Assembly (NCBI GenBank): GCA_002440825.1
Contig: DJVH01000095.1
Span: 49,954-113,953 of the forward strand
Direction of reading: 5' to 3'
Source of the DNA: Bacteriovoracaceae bacterium UBA6261
Lineage (GTDB): Bacteria; Bdellovibrionota; Bacteriovoracia; Bacteriovoracales; Bacteriovoracaceae
Length of the DNA: 64,000 nt
This document shows positions 39,762-49,704 of the stretch, in pieces. Positions within the stretch are counted from its first letter, which is position 1, and each line of letters starts with the position of its first letter. The position numbers and the translations under genes are program-made. The notes under the pieces are model-generated. The model saw only the letters and a program-made list of their open reading frames with translations. It searched no databases and was not told the origin of the DNA.

Positions 39762-40346
39762 ATGGCAGAAGCCAATTGTGTTTTTGAAAAACAACTTCCG
39801 AGAGGTAAGTTTTGCACTTATCAATCTCGTCCTTCGTTTGCTTTTATTCGCGTACGGCAAACTCATTCCGATATTGTTCACGATGAAACAAATTGCTCTG
39901 ATCTCGAAGGAGATGGAATGGTTGGTGTAAGTAAAACCCCAATGGCCATTCTCACGGCGGATTGTCTTCCGGTGGTCATTTTAGGGGAACAAGGTCACGC
40001 ATTTGTTCACGCTGGATGGAGAGGTCTTCACAACGAGATCCTCGGTCATGAAAAAATCGCTGCGCTAAAACCCTTTTATGCTTTCGTAGGCCCACATATC
40101 AGCGTCCGGCACTACGAAGTCCAGCCGGATTTTAAACAGAATTTTCCGGCACTCCCTCAATCTTTCATACAAAGAGACGGAAAACTTTTCTTTGATATGA
40201 ACACAGTCGTCAATCTTCAGCTGCAAAAGTTCTTTCCGGGCATTAAAATAGAAATTTCTGAACTTTGTACTTTTGAAGAGTCACAACTCTTCAGTTACCG
40301 ACGTAATAAAACTGCAGAACGCAACTGGAATATGTATATCCCCTAA
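39762..40346 (+). CDS. pgeF: YfiH/PgeF laccase-domain protein
   Basis: QTHS, DG, TADCLPV, HAGWRG, GP, FSYRR. Confidence 0.9.
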   Translation: MAEANCVFEKQLPRGKFCTYQSRPSFAFIRVRQTHSDIVHDETNCSDLEGDGMVGVSKTPMAILTADCLPVVILGEQGHAFVHAGWRGLHNEILGHEKIAALKPFYAFVGPHISVRHYEVQPDFKQNFPALPQSFIQRDGKLFFDMNTVVNLQLQKFFPGIKIEISELCTFEESQLFSYRRNKTAERNWNMYIP

Positions 40347-40357
40347 CGGAGTTTAAA

Positions 40358-41494
40358 ATGTATCATTCGTCAGTCTATCAGGACAAAAAAATCAACACGA
40401 CAATCATCGTGCTCATCTTAGGAGCCTTGATGGTTGGATTCTCTCTCTATCTGACTCAACATTATTTTGACCTTAGATTTCCCACAGGTCTCGAAAGCAA
40501 ATCACTTTGCAACGTTAACAGCTTCTTTAACTGTGATAAAACGACTTTATCGGTAGCTGGAAATATTGCAGGTATACCCATTTCAGTTTTTGGTGCAATT
40601 ATCGGTGCACTGATGATGGTTGGCCTCATCATTAAAAATGAAGATTATGAGCGAACAATGTTTTTTACTCTTGCAGTCAATTTCGCAGGCTGTGTTGTTC
40701 TTTTCTTATTTTCACTTCTTGTACTGAAAGGTCTTTGTCCATTCTGTACGCTTTATTACATTGTTTCAGGTCTGGCTTTTCTTTTGTTCTTTCGAAAAAG
40801 TCATACATGGAAGCCTGCTCTGGGCTACCTTGCGGCCTTCGCGGTTATCGTTATCGCTCTCAGTGCGCTTGTAAAAATGAATATTGACAGTAAATCAAAG
40901 GCGCAAAGTGAAGTGGCAGGTGATTTGATTAAACAATTCTATTCTCTTCCTGACCTTGGCAGTCCAAAAGTGGCTTCTGAGTTTAAGATTGCAACAGCGG
41001 CCAATGCTCCGATTAAAATGGTGATTTTTTCAGATTTCGAATGTCCTGCATGTAAAGCCTTGTCGCAAGTCATTCCTTTAGTGGCTGCCCGCTACGAAGG
41101 AAAAATTGATATTCAATACTTCTTCTACCCGCTCGACAACAGCTGTAATCCAAGCATGGAAAGACCGCTGCACCAGTACGCGTGTAAAGCTGCCTTCGCC
41201 GCAAGCTGTATGCCTAAAGAAGAATTTGCAAAGGCTCACGATGAAATCTTCGCGAATCAGGAAAAATTCGAGGCAGGTTTTGTTGATCAATACATAAAAG
41301 ATCATAAACTTGAAGCCTGTGTAGCTGATCCGAAAACAAAAGAAAAAGTTGTTGAACTCATCAGAGCTGCTGATCCGTTTAATGTTCGCTCAACTCCAAG
41401 CTATCTCATCAATGGAGTTAAAATTGAAGGCGTTCTTCCACCAGACCAGATGTTTGCCATCATGGATGAGATTGTAAGACGAGCTGGAAAATAA
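40358..41494 (+). CDS. VKOR-DsbA/thioredoxin fusion (disulfide formation)
   Basis: VKOR loop Cys pair CNVNSFFNC and CPFC; DsbA FSDFECPAC and STP. Confidence 0.9.
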   Translation: MYHSSVYQDKKINTTIIVLILGALMVGFSLYLTQHYFDLRFPTGLESKSLCNVNSFFNCDKTTLSVAGNIAGIPISVFGAIIGALMMVGLIIKNEDYERTMFFTLAVNFAGCVVLFLFSLLVLKGLCPFCTLYYIVSGLAFLLFFRKSHTWKPALGYLAAFAVIVIALSALVKMNIDSKSKAQSEVAGDLIKQFYSLPDLGSPKVASEFKIATAANAPIKMVIFSDFECPACKALSQVIPLVAARYEGKIDIQYFFYPLDNSCNPSMERPLHQYACKAAFAASCMPKEEFAKAHDEIFANQEKFEAGFVDQYIKDHKLEACVADPKTKEKVVELIRAADPFNVRSTPSYLINGVKIEGVLPPDQMFAIMDEIVRRAGK

Positions 41495-43500
41495 GCTCCG
41501 GCCTTCTCCAGAAATGATTTTTCTTTCATGACCCGCTCTAGTTCTGAGCGGGTCATTTCAATCAAAACATCCCTCTTATCAATCTCTTTAATTTTGTCCG
41601 CAGGTATTCCCATTCTTTTGTAGAGTCGCGCATGAATTTTAGAAGTAAAAATAAAGACGCGTGAAATGGATTTATCCTGAGTAATCAAACTCACTGCATT
41701 TCCTACGAGTGCCTTCGACATCTTCTCGGCTTCGACATCTTTTCCCACTGTGAGACGCACGATCTCTACGATTTTCTCGTGGGGTTTTCTCTCAAGACGA
41801 ACACCAGTTGCTTTTTCCAACGGAAGTAAGTCACCTTTTTTAAAAGCTTCCACAATCCCTACTCCACCGTTTATCTTCATCTCACCTTCTAGAGGCGACT
41901 TCACCGTATTGAGAATTAATTTTGTCCGCGGGCTCATCTCAACGCTGGATTTAATAAAACCTTCAACCTCTGCTGGAGTCAGGTTCAATCGTTCATTGTA
42001 AATGTTGTCGACATAACGCCAGTACTCTTCCGGAATTTTTTTAACAGCTGCATCTGATGAACGAGAAACAGCATTGAGATCCATGACTGAAAAAATTCCC
42101 GAATCCGGAGTTTTAAACTCAACTCCAATTTGATTCTTTTCCAGCTTTAATCCATCAATATGAATTTTGCGTGCAATTTCATCAGTCGTTTTCACTTCCT
42201 GCTTAAGAACAGCCCCGACAGGCTGTCTGGCTTTAGGAATCTGACCGAGAAATTTCAACGCCGAAGCAGAAAGACTTGTGGTTGCAGCGGAGACGAGACT
42301 TAACTCCGTCATAAAAATTTTGTCAGAAAGTTTTTTCTGACAATTACGGAATTCCTGCAATTGATCTTCATTGCTTCTGTTGAGAAAACGGACTTCACTG
42401 GATTTGCATTCTTCTGCGAGTGCTTTGAGTCTGTCCAGGTCTGAAGCGACTGTTCCAGCTTGAAAAACCAGAGACGCAGCATTGAGAGTTTTTCTGGCTT
42501 CTCCTGCGCGCAATCCCCAAAGGGCCAGACGTTCGCCAAACATAAGTTCAATGCCGAGAGCTCCTCCTCTGCCGATTGGTCCGGTCATCAAAGGTAAAAC
42601 AAAAAGTCCGGCATCGACGGCCATTTCTTTGTATTCTTTTCTGTCGCTGTAATCTTTAAATTGACGGGCAAAAAGACAGGCTGATCCTTTTGTTGCGGGG
42701 TTTGAATAAGCACCTTCATAATAAGAGCTTTTTACAAGATCTTCCATGATACCTGGAAAGCGTGTGGATGCTTCCTCGATATATTCTTTCACATAAAGCT
42801 GGTGAGCTTCCGGCCGGTATGGTTTTTTGCCATCATTTTGGAAACGAAAAAACTCCGTATCTCTCTGATCGAGCTTGTTGAGGTTTGCAAACAAAGCCTC
42901 TTTGAGATCTTTTTCAAAAACGTCATTGGAGAAAAGCGATTCCTCTGAAATCATTTTTTCATCCATTTCGCTCATTCTTTCTTCAAAAACTTTATTTCCC
43001 AGGATCGGTTGGGCCATAAAAAGCGCAGCTTTCATTTTTTGCACGCGGCTTAGCTCATCTGAAATCTCAAGCCGTCTTGCTGCAGAACAATTGGTAATAC
43101 AGATATCAAATTTCTTCTGCAATCGAAGGCTTTCCCGGGAAAGCACAGTGAGCTTGTCAAAATCAGTTTTGATCTCTGCTATTTTGGCACGCGACTCTTT
43201 GTAGGAAGGTTCCTTGTCACCGTCTCTCAAAGTGCGAAACAGAGGAACAAGATTTTTCTTCAATGCATTGTTAACTTTGGCAAGTTTTTCAACTTCGCTT
43301 TCAAGAAATGAAAAAGACGAAAGGACATTGAGCGAATTAGAAAATTTTTTGACCGTTCCTTCATGGGGTCTATAGGCGCCTCCGACTGAACAAGTAGAGC
43401 AATCTTTTGATAAATGGCTTTCCTCGCATTCAGAAGGAAGTTGGTAGGCAAGACATTGAGAAATAAACGTGAACAGCAATAAAATAAAAAGGTATTTCAT
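41401..43500 (-). CDS. secreted protein with hydrophobic hairpin and C-terminal GNAT-like (FeeM/LuxI-type) domain
   Basis: signal MKYLFILLLFTFISQCLA; VDAGLFVLPLMTGPIGRGGALG; LPLEK..VEIVRLTV..HARLYKRMG. Confidence 0.7.
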   Translation of the reverse strand: MKYLFILLLFTFISQCLAYQLPSECEESHLSKDCSTCSVGGAYRPHEGTVKKFSNSLNVLSSFSFLESEVEKLAKVNNALKKNLVPLFRTLRDGDKEPSYKESRAKIAEIKTDFDKLTVLSRESLRLQKKFDICITNCSAARRLEISDELSRVQKMKAALFMAQPILGNKVFEERMSEMDEKMISEESLFSNDVFEKDLKEALFANLNKLDQRDTEFFRFQNDGKKPYRPEAHQLYVKEYIEEASTRFPGIMEDLVKSSYYEGAYSNPATKGSACLFARQFKDYSDRKEYKEMAVDAGLFVLPLMTGPIGRGGALGIELMFGERLALWGLRAGEARKTLNAASLVFQAGTVASDLDRLKALAEECKSSEVRFLNRSNEDQLQEFRNCQKKLSDKIFMTELSLVSAATTSLSASALKFLGQIPKARQPVGAVLKQEVKTTDEIARKIHIDGLKLEKNQIGVEFKTPDSGIFSVMDLNAVSRSSDAAVKKIPEEYWRYVDNIYNERLNLTPAEVEGFIKSSVEMSPRTKLILNTVKSPLEGEMKINGGVGIVEAFKKGDLLPLEKATGVRLERKPHEKIVEIVRLTVGKDVEAEKMSKALVGNAVSLITQDKSISRVFIFTSKIHARLYKRMGIPADKIKEIDKRDVLIEMTRSELERVMKEKSFLEKAGAYFPARLTISSMMANIWSGGRTPSILTPLMR

Positions 43501-43508
43501 AAGCATTC

Positions 43509-43535
43509 TTATCGGAAAAAGAATGTTGAAATTAA
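43509..43535 (-). promoter_or_regulatory. putative sigma28-type promoter
   Basis: minus strand TTAA/TAAT-N15-16-CCGATAA, 8 nt before ATG 43500. Confidence 0.5.
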
Positions 43536-43539
43536 AATT

Positions 43540-45237
43540 TTATTTCCGAGCGAAAGCGACGCCTATTGCAAGGGCTGCTTCATGAGCAACATCGTGTGCA
43601 CATTCGAAAGCCGGATTGGCCCAATTGTCCTGGTTGGCAAAGAAAATGCTGTTTTTCAGAGGGCGATTCATTTTTTCAAGCTGTACGCTTGCCAGTAGGT
43701 TCACTTGTGCCACTGGAATAGAATGCCCCCAACGAGTCATACGCAGACCTTTCATTTTAGACAGATCTACACCTGCTGTTTTGGCAAATTCCGGCAGATC
43801 TTTGAGAATAAGATTTTTATGCTTCTCATGGGCCATCGGACTGAATAAAAACTGTCGAGCTCCATCATAAGGAAGAGCTTTATAAATAGTAAGCACTCCA
43901 TTTTGAGTTTGATCGCCGGCGGCCCAGGTTCCAAAACAAACATCACTGAACGCTCTTTTAGGAACGTTCATTGGAGTTGGTGAATTTGGTTTCGCTCCAT
44001 CAAGACAGTAGACATCGTAGGCAGGAGATTGAAAATTTCCTTCAAAGAGAGCATTGGCAACGATATAGGCTCTGTAGCTGATTTTATCAAAAAGCGCAGA
44101 CTGCTCCGCCGGCAGATCATGGACGATATGCTTGGCCACAAATTTAGGAGAAGCCACAATACAATTTTCTGCTCTAATTGTTTTAATTTCTCCCTGAGAA
44201 TTTTCGTAGGTAACCCACACCTCTTTTTCTTTTTTTGCTTCAACTCTTAAAACCATGGCTCCGGCACGCAATGAATCGGCGCTTAAAATTTTTAAAAGTT
44301 TTTCATAAATTCTTTGTGTGATGGCAGCATTTCCTCCCGGAAGCGCGAGAACTCCAGCGACTTCTGCCGCAAGGAAATTCAAGGCCTGAACAGCGGACAC
44401 TTCATCAATGGATGCATTAAACGAAGACCAGCAATACAACTGAAAATATTCGAGAATGTGCGGATGCACTTCGCCGAAAGTAAGTGCAAGCCACTTTTCA
44501 AAATTCATTGAATCCAGTTTTTTAAATTCATCCAGTGAAAGGGCAGAGTCTTTTGACCAGGGAATATCTGGAAACGATTCATTGTAAATTCGTTTCAATT
44601 CTTCATCTACGCGGATAAATTCTTGTGCGCGTGTCGGGTCACTAGCTCCTTTCCAGAAATCTGACATGAGCTTTTTTTGAAAAGAAACTTTTACTTCTTC
44701 AGCACTCTCTTGCTTTAATTCATCCAGCAGATTGAGCTCTTTTAAAAACTTTTCGATTTCTGAACCACTGTCAGGGACAGTGATATAGGCTGCACCGATT
44801 GAGAAAAGAGAATTATTTAAAATTTCACCTTTTGAATTTCCCCCAAGAAAATCATCCTGCTCGAGAAGAACTGGATTCAATTGTCGCAATTTCCACGCAC
44901 TGATCAGTCCTGACATTCCCCCACCGACGATTACGACTTTTCTTTGTTCCACAGGTGCGGGAATGCCTCCTTTTTTAGCGAGATAGCCATCAATATTCCA
45001 AAGAATATCGTGAGGTCTGTTGATGTTATCTCCGTTGAAATCAAGACTTTGAAATTCTGAATTTTTTATTCTTTGAATAGGTCCGATATTAAGAGGGATC
45101 AATGATTTCCCGGCGACAGCGTTTAAAATTTTTTCTGAGTGCTTAGGAACTCCTAAAGAGAAAAATGAAAAGGCCGAAAGTTTGATAAAGTCGCGGCGAT
45201 CAGTAGTGCTCTCTGGGTTCATTTGATGATTTTTCAT
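43540..45237 (-). CDS. Tat-exported FAD-dependent amine oxidase family protein
   Basis: DRRDFIK twin-arginine; VIVGGGMSGL, LGGNS, GAAY, TRWGHS; start 45237 or 45222. Confidence 0.85.
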   Translation of the reverse strand: MKNHQMNPESTTDRRDFIKLSAFSFFSLGVPKHSEKILNAVAGKSLIPLNIGPIQRIKNSEFQSLDFNGDNINRPHDILWNIDGYLAKKGGIPAPVEQRKVVIVGGGMSGLISAWKLRQLNPVLLEQDDFLGGNSKGEILNNSLFSIGAAYITVPDSGSEIEKFLKELNLLDELKQESAEEVKVSFQKKLMSDFWKGASDPTRAQEFIRVDEELKRIYNESFPDIPWSKDSALSLDEFKKLDSMNFEKWLALTFGEVHPHILEYFQLYCWSSFNASIDEVSAVQALNFLAAEVAGVLALPGGNAAITQRIYEKLLKILSADSLRAGAMVLRVEAKKEKEVWVTYENSQGEIKTIRAENCIVASPKFVAKHIVHDLPAEQSALFDKISYRAYIVANALFEGNFQSPAYDVYCLDGAKPNSPTPMNVPKRAFSDVCFGTWAAGDQTQNGVLTIYKALPYDGARQFLFSPMAHEKHKNLILKDLPEFAKTAGVDLSKMKGLRMTRWGHSIPVAQVNLLASVQLEKMNRPLKNSIFFANQDNWANPAFECAHDVAHEAALAIGVAFARK

Positions 45238-45314
45238 TGGGCAAATAACTTGTTGTTTAAATAACAATATTAAAGTTTGACGTATCAAACCAGAACGGAT
45301 TAAGCTTGTCAACC

Positions 45315-45635
45315 ATGAACTGGGTTTATCTTTTTTTCGCAGTGGCCGCTGAAATTTTCGGAACCTTTGCGATGAAGCATTCAAATGGATTTCAAAAACT
45401 TCTTCCAAGCCTGGGCGTGGTTGCTGGCTATGCCGTGGCCACTTATCTCCTTTCCCTCGTCGTCAAAAATCTTCCGTTAGGAACTGTCTATGCTTTGTGG
45501 TCGGCCGTGGGAATTATCGGGTCGCTGGCACTTGATCACTACTGTTTTTTTGAGCGGTTTAATCTTGTGCAAGTCATTGGGCTGGGATTTATTTTATGCG
45601 GTTCAGTTATTTTGAATTTTACACTCAATACTTAA
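45315..45635 (+). CDS. SMR (EmrE/QacE) family transporter
   Basis: AVAAEIFGT (membrane Glu), MKHSNGF, PLGTVYALWSAVG. Confidence 0.9.
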   Translation: MNWVYLFFAVAAEIFGTFAMKHSNGFQKLLPSLGVVAGYAVATYLLSLVVKNLPLGTVYALWSAVGIIGSLALDHYCFFERFNLVQVIGLGFILCGSVILNFTLNT

Positions 45636-45655
45636 TTTGATGTATAGTCATAATC

Positions 45656-46468
45656 ATGAGCAAAAAAAAACGCGACATCCCTATTCCTGAAATTCCTATT
45701 ATCGAAACGCATTTCCACCTGGACATGTTGAAGGCAATGTCGCGTGAAGAAATTGTCGATAAAACAAAAACGCACAATATCGAAAAGATGGTTACTATTT
45801 CGACATCGCCTGAAAACCTTGATGAAGTTATTTCCATTGCTGAAACTTTTCCGCAAATTTATTGCACGCAAGGGTTGCATCCACACGATGGGAAAGAATG
45901 GAATGAAGACGTAAAAAAACATGTAGTCAAAAATCTCACTGAGAAAAAGGAAAAAATCGTCGCTGTTGGTGAAATCGGACTCGACTATTATTATTCGAAG
46001 TCTCCAAGAGACGAACAGATAAAAGCCTTTGAAGAACAACTTCAGATTGCCATTGATTTTGATTTGCCTGTCGTGATTCACACCCGCGATGCAGATGAAG
46101 ACACCAAAGCTATTTTAAAAAATTTCAGTCCTCTCCTGAAACGAAAAGGGGTTGTCCATAGTTTTACTTCCGGGCTTGAACTTGCTCAGTTTGCATTGGA
46201 TGAAGGTTTCTACCTGGGCTTTAACGGAATTATCACATTTAAAAATGCCGAAAATGTCCGCGATGCTTTGAGAATAACTCCAGTAGAAAGAATTCTGCTG
46301 GAAACTGATTCACCTTTTCTCACACCAGATCCTTATAGAGGCGTGGAGAATGCTCCTTATTATCTTCCCTTTGTTGCCGAGAAAATAGCTGAAGTGAAAA
46401 ATGTTTCTCTCGAGACAGTTTTAAAACAGGCTTATAAAAACAGCGTTGATCTATTTCACTTCAAATAA
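45656..46468 (+). CDS. TatD family hydrolase
   Basis: ETHFH, GLHPH, VGEIGLDY, HTRDA, VHSF, LETDSPF. Confidence 0.95.
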   Translation: MSKKKRDIPIPEIPIIETHFHLDMLKAMSREEIVDKTKTHNIEKMVTISTSPENLDEVISIAETFPQIYCTQGLHPHDGKEWNEDVKKHVVKNLTEKKEKIVAVGEIGLDYYYSKSPRDEQIKAFEEQLQIAIDFDLPVVIHTRDADEDTKAILKNFSPLLKRKGVVHSFTSGLELAQFALDEGFYLGFNGIITFKNAENVRDALRITPVERILLETDSPFLTPDPYRGVENAPYYLPFVAEKIAEVKNVSLETVLKQAYKNSVDLFHFK

Positions 46469-49400
46469 TTATTCGCCATCTGAGTAAACACCTGGCCATG
46501 TTGGAAGATTACCAAGCGTTTTTGCAGCTCCTGTCACATTCGTGCTTGAGGCATTTTCCAATGATCCGGAAGAAGCTGGACCTTTCACTGAACCTTGAAT
46601 GATAGAAAGGAAATTATTCAGATCTCTCTGCCCTCTGAAATTCATAAAGAGCTGTTGGTTTTCTCTCGAGTAACTGTCCTGTTCTCCGCCTTTTGAACCC
46701 ATGTCCTGAGAGACCAGATAGTAATTTTCTTTTTTCACAACCGGCGTATTGTTATCCACACCAGTACAGATGAAAAATCCAGATGTAGCCACTTTAGCTA
46801 TTTCCTGAGCTTTCATCGAATTGTTGAAAACGAAATTAAAAGCAGATCGGGGACCTGCAAATAATTCAGGCGATAATCTGACTGCTGAACACTCTTCATA
46901 GCTTGTGAGTTCCACATTAAAGGTGCTCGTTTGCATGAACATGTAAGTTGAAGCGTTCACCACCGCAGTACTGCTTGTTGTATCTGATTTCGAGTGAGCT
47001 GAAGCGATGGCATAACTTCCTGTCGAATTGATTTTGAAGATATCAAACAACTCAAATGACAAACCTACTGAGTTTGTCCATGACCATGTTTGAGTTTTTG
47101 AATTCGACTCTGCTTTTGCTACGCTAAAAGAGTTCCCAACGCTGAAATTTGTCGTTGTACCCGAGGCGTATTTAATGGCACCGACTTTTTTCACAACAAG
47201 TTTTTTGTCCGTTTTGAAGAAACGGGATGGATCTTTTCTCACTGACATTACACATGATTGAACCAGGCGTTGAGTGGTCATTTCATCAAGTGCGACAGTT
47301 TTATTTGTCACTGAAAGTCGTCTGAAGTAATCATTGAACCAGAACGAACACATCTGCACTGCGAGATCTGTGTTTAATTTACCGGTCTTGGCAAAATGAG
47401 CAAGCACTGCTGATGAAACCGCGGGCTTCTGTTCTGCTTCATGATAGTAAGCTGGTTTTTTTGTCAACGTGAAGTACTTAAGCGGATTGGCCAGACCGTC
47501 TCTGATAAACAGAGACTCTTTTTCACTCGCAAGATTAATTTTCTGTAAATTCTGTGAGCGAAGAACTTTATCCATCGCCGCTGATGAATTGGAAAGCCCG
47601 TTTCCTAGTGTTGCCAACCGGTCAAAGAGATCACCTTTACCAAGTCCCAGATTGTCTTCAGCTCTCAGCATTTTCTGGCCGTCTTCATCCCGGTTTAAAA
47701 CAATTGTGCCGACATAAGGAGTTGCTTCCAGACCGCTGTTTTTATCAATTTCCACTCTGGCATTTTTATTTTTCGATTCTTTGATTGTATAAAGAGCAAC
47801 AACAAGTCTTGAGCGTGTATTGAGCTTTTCGAAAGCAGAAACTTTAAAACTTACGTCAGTTTTTAAATCCCCACCAAAAGTTGTGACTTTCTTTTCACCT
47901 TTACTGATCACTGAATCAGCTTTGTCATTTTCATCCAGCGTGACAACTGACCATTTCAAAAGATAATTTCCATCTCTTAATGGCTCATAACCACCGCGTC
48001 CGTAAGAAAGAGAGGAATGATTGACGACTTTTGCACTCAGGGCAAGAATTCCATTTTTCACTATAGTCAGGTCAAGGTTCTTATTAATTTCGTACTTATA
48101 ATTCACGACTGAGAAATTATAATTATCAATCATGATCTTTGCATTTTCAGAAGATGGATTGATATTGATTGAATTGAAATCTTCTACAAAGCGCTGATCG
48201 CGGCCGAAATTCGATCCTTCATCCCAGGGATTAATCACGACTTCAATCTTTTTACTAAGATTGAACCCTTTGTGAGCAATTGAAACAGATTTTTTAATGA
48301 ATCTCTCTTTTGCAAAAACTTTATGCCAGATGGAATCATCCCAGCTGATACACCCTTCCTGGTTTGATTTTATAGCAACAGGAGCTTTTCCCGAGATTGT
48401 CTGCACAGTAAACTCTTCATCCCTGATCGGTCGCTTATCGATATTGCTTTTCACACAGGCTTTGATATTGAAATAGACTTGTCTGTCTGTTGTCGTTTCT
48501 GATCCGATTTTAAAAAATCTGATATCTAGTTTCTCAATTTCCAGACCAGGTTTAACTTTATTTTTTTTCGCATCCTGAGTTGAACCAGAGAACTGAACTT
48601 TTAAATCCGCAAACGTTTTACCTTTAGCTGGCACTGGAATTCCATCAACCTTGACTGAAGGATTATTGGAAATCATATAAACACCTTCAAAAGGATCCAG
48701 ACCGATATCATTTGAAGAAGCGCTTACCTTTACACCTAAAAAGATCTGACCTTTATTAGGCAGAGTATTAAGCGTGAAAGGAAACTCAGCAATGAGTGTA
48801 TCCTGAGTAAAAGCGACGCTGTTTTCTGCCGCTGATGCAATCGGAATAAGTGTTTCTTTGCCGTTTTCCATGACTGAATTATAAAGAATCATCTCTACAT
48901 CAAAAGCGCCGGTGTTGATGGGATACTGAACATTTTGTTGAGCAGAATTTTTCAAGACCAGTGAGAGCTTCGTTTGATACTTTAAAAGCATTTTCACGCC
49001 GCCGGCAGAGAACTCCTGCTCGACAACAGAAACGCGAGGAGCAATGGCCCATAATGGAGAGCGTGAAGTCTCTGCAAGAAATGCAGATGATCCTTCTTTT
49101 TCAGCTGAAAGAGCTGCTATAGCTTTTTTCTTGGGATCAACAACTGTTCCCGCTTCATCGCCATGGGCCCATGGATTAATAGCAAATTGTACATCTGCTG
49201 CACCTTTATGAAGTCCATTGGCTGCGATTGTGCGTGTGATTTTGATATAATTTGATTGTGCGAGAAAATTAAATTCAACGGACTCATTCCAGTTCAAACA
49301 TCCTTGCTCATCTGATTCGACAATTTGCTCTTCATCGCCACCGGAAATTTTAAAAGACTGACCCAGAATAGCCTTAGATTGCATAATGTCTTTAAGGCAA

Positions 49401-49606
49401 GCTTTGAAATTATAGATGCGCTCTTTTGGTAAAGAATAAACGGCATCGACTTTAGAAATTTCACTGGACCCTTCAATGCTGTCGACATAAAAAGTAGCAA
49501 TCTTTCCCGCATCAGCATTCTCGACTTTGTTTGAACACGCATTCAAAAAAGCGGCGATCAGAAGAAAAAATAATTGAGAGTAAACAGATTTTGGCTGTGA
49601 TAACAT
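46469..49606 (-). CDS. large hypothetical lipoprotein with internal duplication and beta-pore-like hairpin
   Basis: lipobox LNAC; two copies of KAC...GC.xW...INPW..G; Ser/Thr-flanked TWSWTNSVGLSFELFDIFKINSTGSY. Confidence 0.8.
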   Translation of the reverse strand: MLSQPKSVYSQLFFLLIAAFLNACSNKVENADAGKIATFYVDSIEGSSEISKVDAVYSLPKERIYNFKACLKDIMQSKAILGQSFKISGGDEEQIVESDEQGCLNWNESVEFNFLAQSNYIKITRTIAANGLHKGAADVQFAINPWAHGDEAGTVVDPKKKAIAALSAEKEGSSAFLAETSRSPLWAIAPRVSVVEQEFSAGGVKMLLKYQTKLSLVLKNSAQQNVQYPINTGAFDVEMILYNSVMENGKETLIPIASAAENSVAFTQDTLIAEFPFTLNTLPNKGQIFLGVKVSASSNDIGLDPFEGVYMISNNPSVKVDGIPVPAKGKTFADLKVQFSGSTQDAKKNKVKPGLEIEKLDIRFFKIGSETTTDRQVYFNIKACVKSNIDKRPIRDEEFTVQTISGKAPVAIKSNQEGCISWDDSIWHKVFAKERFIKKSVSIAHKGFNLSKKIEVVINPWDEGSNFGRDQRFVEDFNSININPSSENAKIMIDNYNFSVVNYKYEINKNLDLTIVKNGILALSAKVVNHSSLSYGRGGYEPLRDGNYLLKWSVVTLDENDKADSVISKGEKKVTTFGGDLKTDVSFKVSAFEKLNTRSRLVVALYTIKESKNKNARVEIDKNSGLEATPYVGTIVLNRDEDGQKMLRAEDNLGLGKGDLFDRLATLGNGLSNSSAAMDKVLRSQNLQKINLASEKESLFIRDGLANPLKYFTLTKKPAYYHEAEQKPAVSSAVLAHFAKTGKLNTDLAVQMCSFWFNDYFRRLSVTNKTVALDEMTTQRLVQSCVMSVRKDPSRFFKTDKKLVVKKVGAIKYASGTTTNFSVGNSFSVAKAESNSKTQTWSWTNSVGLSFELFDIFKINSTGSYAIASAHSKSDTTSSTAVVNASTYMFMQTSTFNVELTSYEECSAVRLSPELFAGPRSAFNFVFNNSMKAQEIAKVATSGFFICTGVDNNTPVVKKENYYLVSQDMGSKGGEQDSYSRENQQLFMNFRGQRDLNNFLSIIQGSVKGPASSGSLENASSTNVTGAAKTLGNLPTWPGVYSDGE

Positions 49607-49645
49607 TTCAATTTCCCGCGAAAATAAAAGTTTTATCTGTTCATA

Positions 49646-49661
49646 AGCAAAACTTATGCCC
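49646..49661 (-). promoter_or_regulatory. sigma54 -24/-12 promoter
   Basis: minus strand GGGCATA-AGTT-TTGCT (GG-N10-GC). Confidence 0.65.
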
Positions 49662-49704
49662 TGGACTTATCTCTTTAATTTCCGTCGGTATTTATTTCAG
49701 GTAT

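Noticed and set aside
40358-41494. VKOR-DsbA fusion as a novel system
   Set aside because: VKOR-thioredoxin-fold fusions are an established DsbB alternative
45238-45408. N-terminal 57 aa of ORF 43540..45408
   Set aside because: Overlaps the divergent SMR gene and would bury the Tat motif
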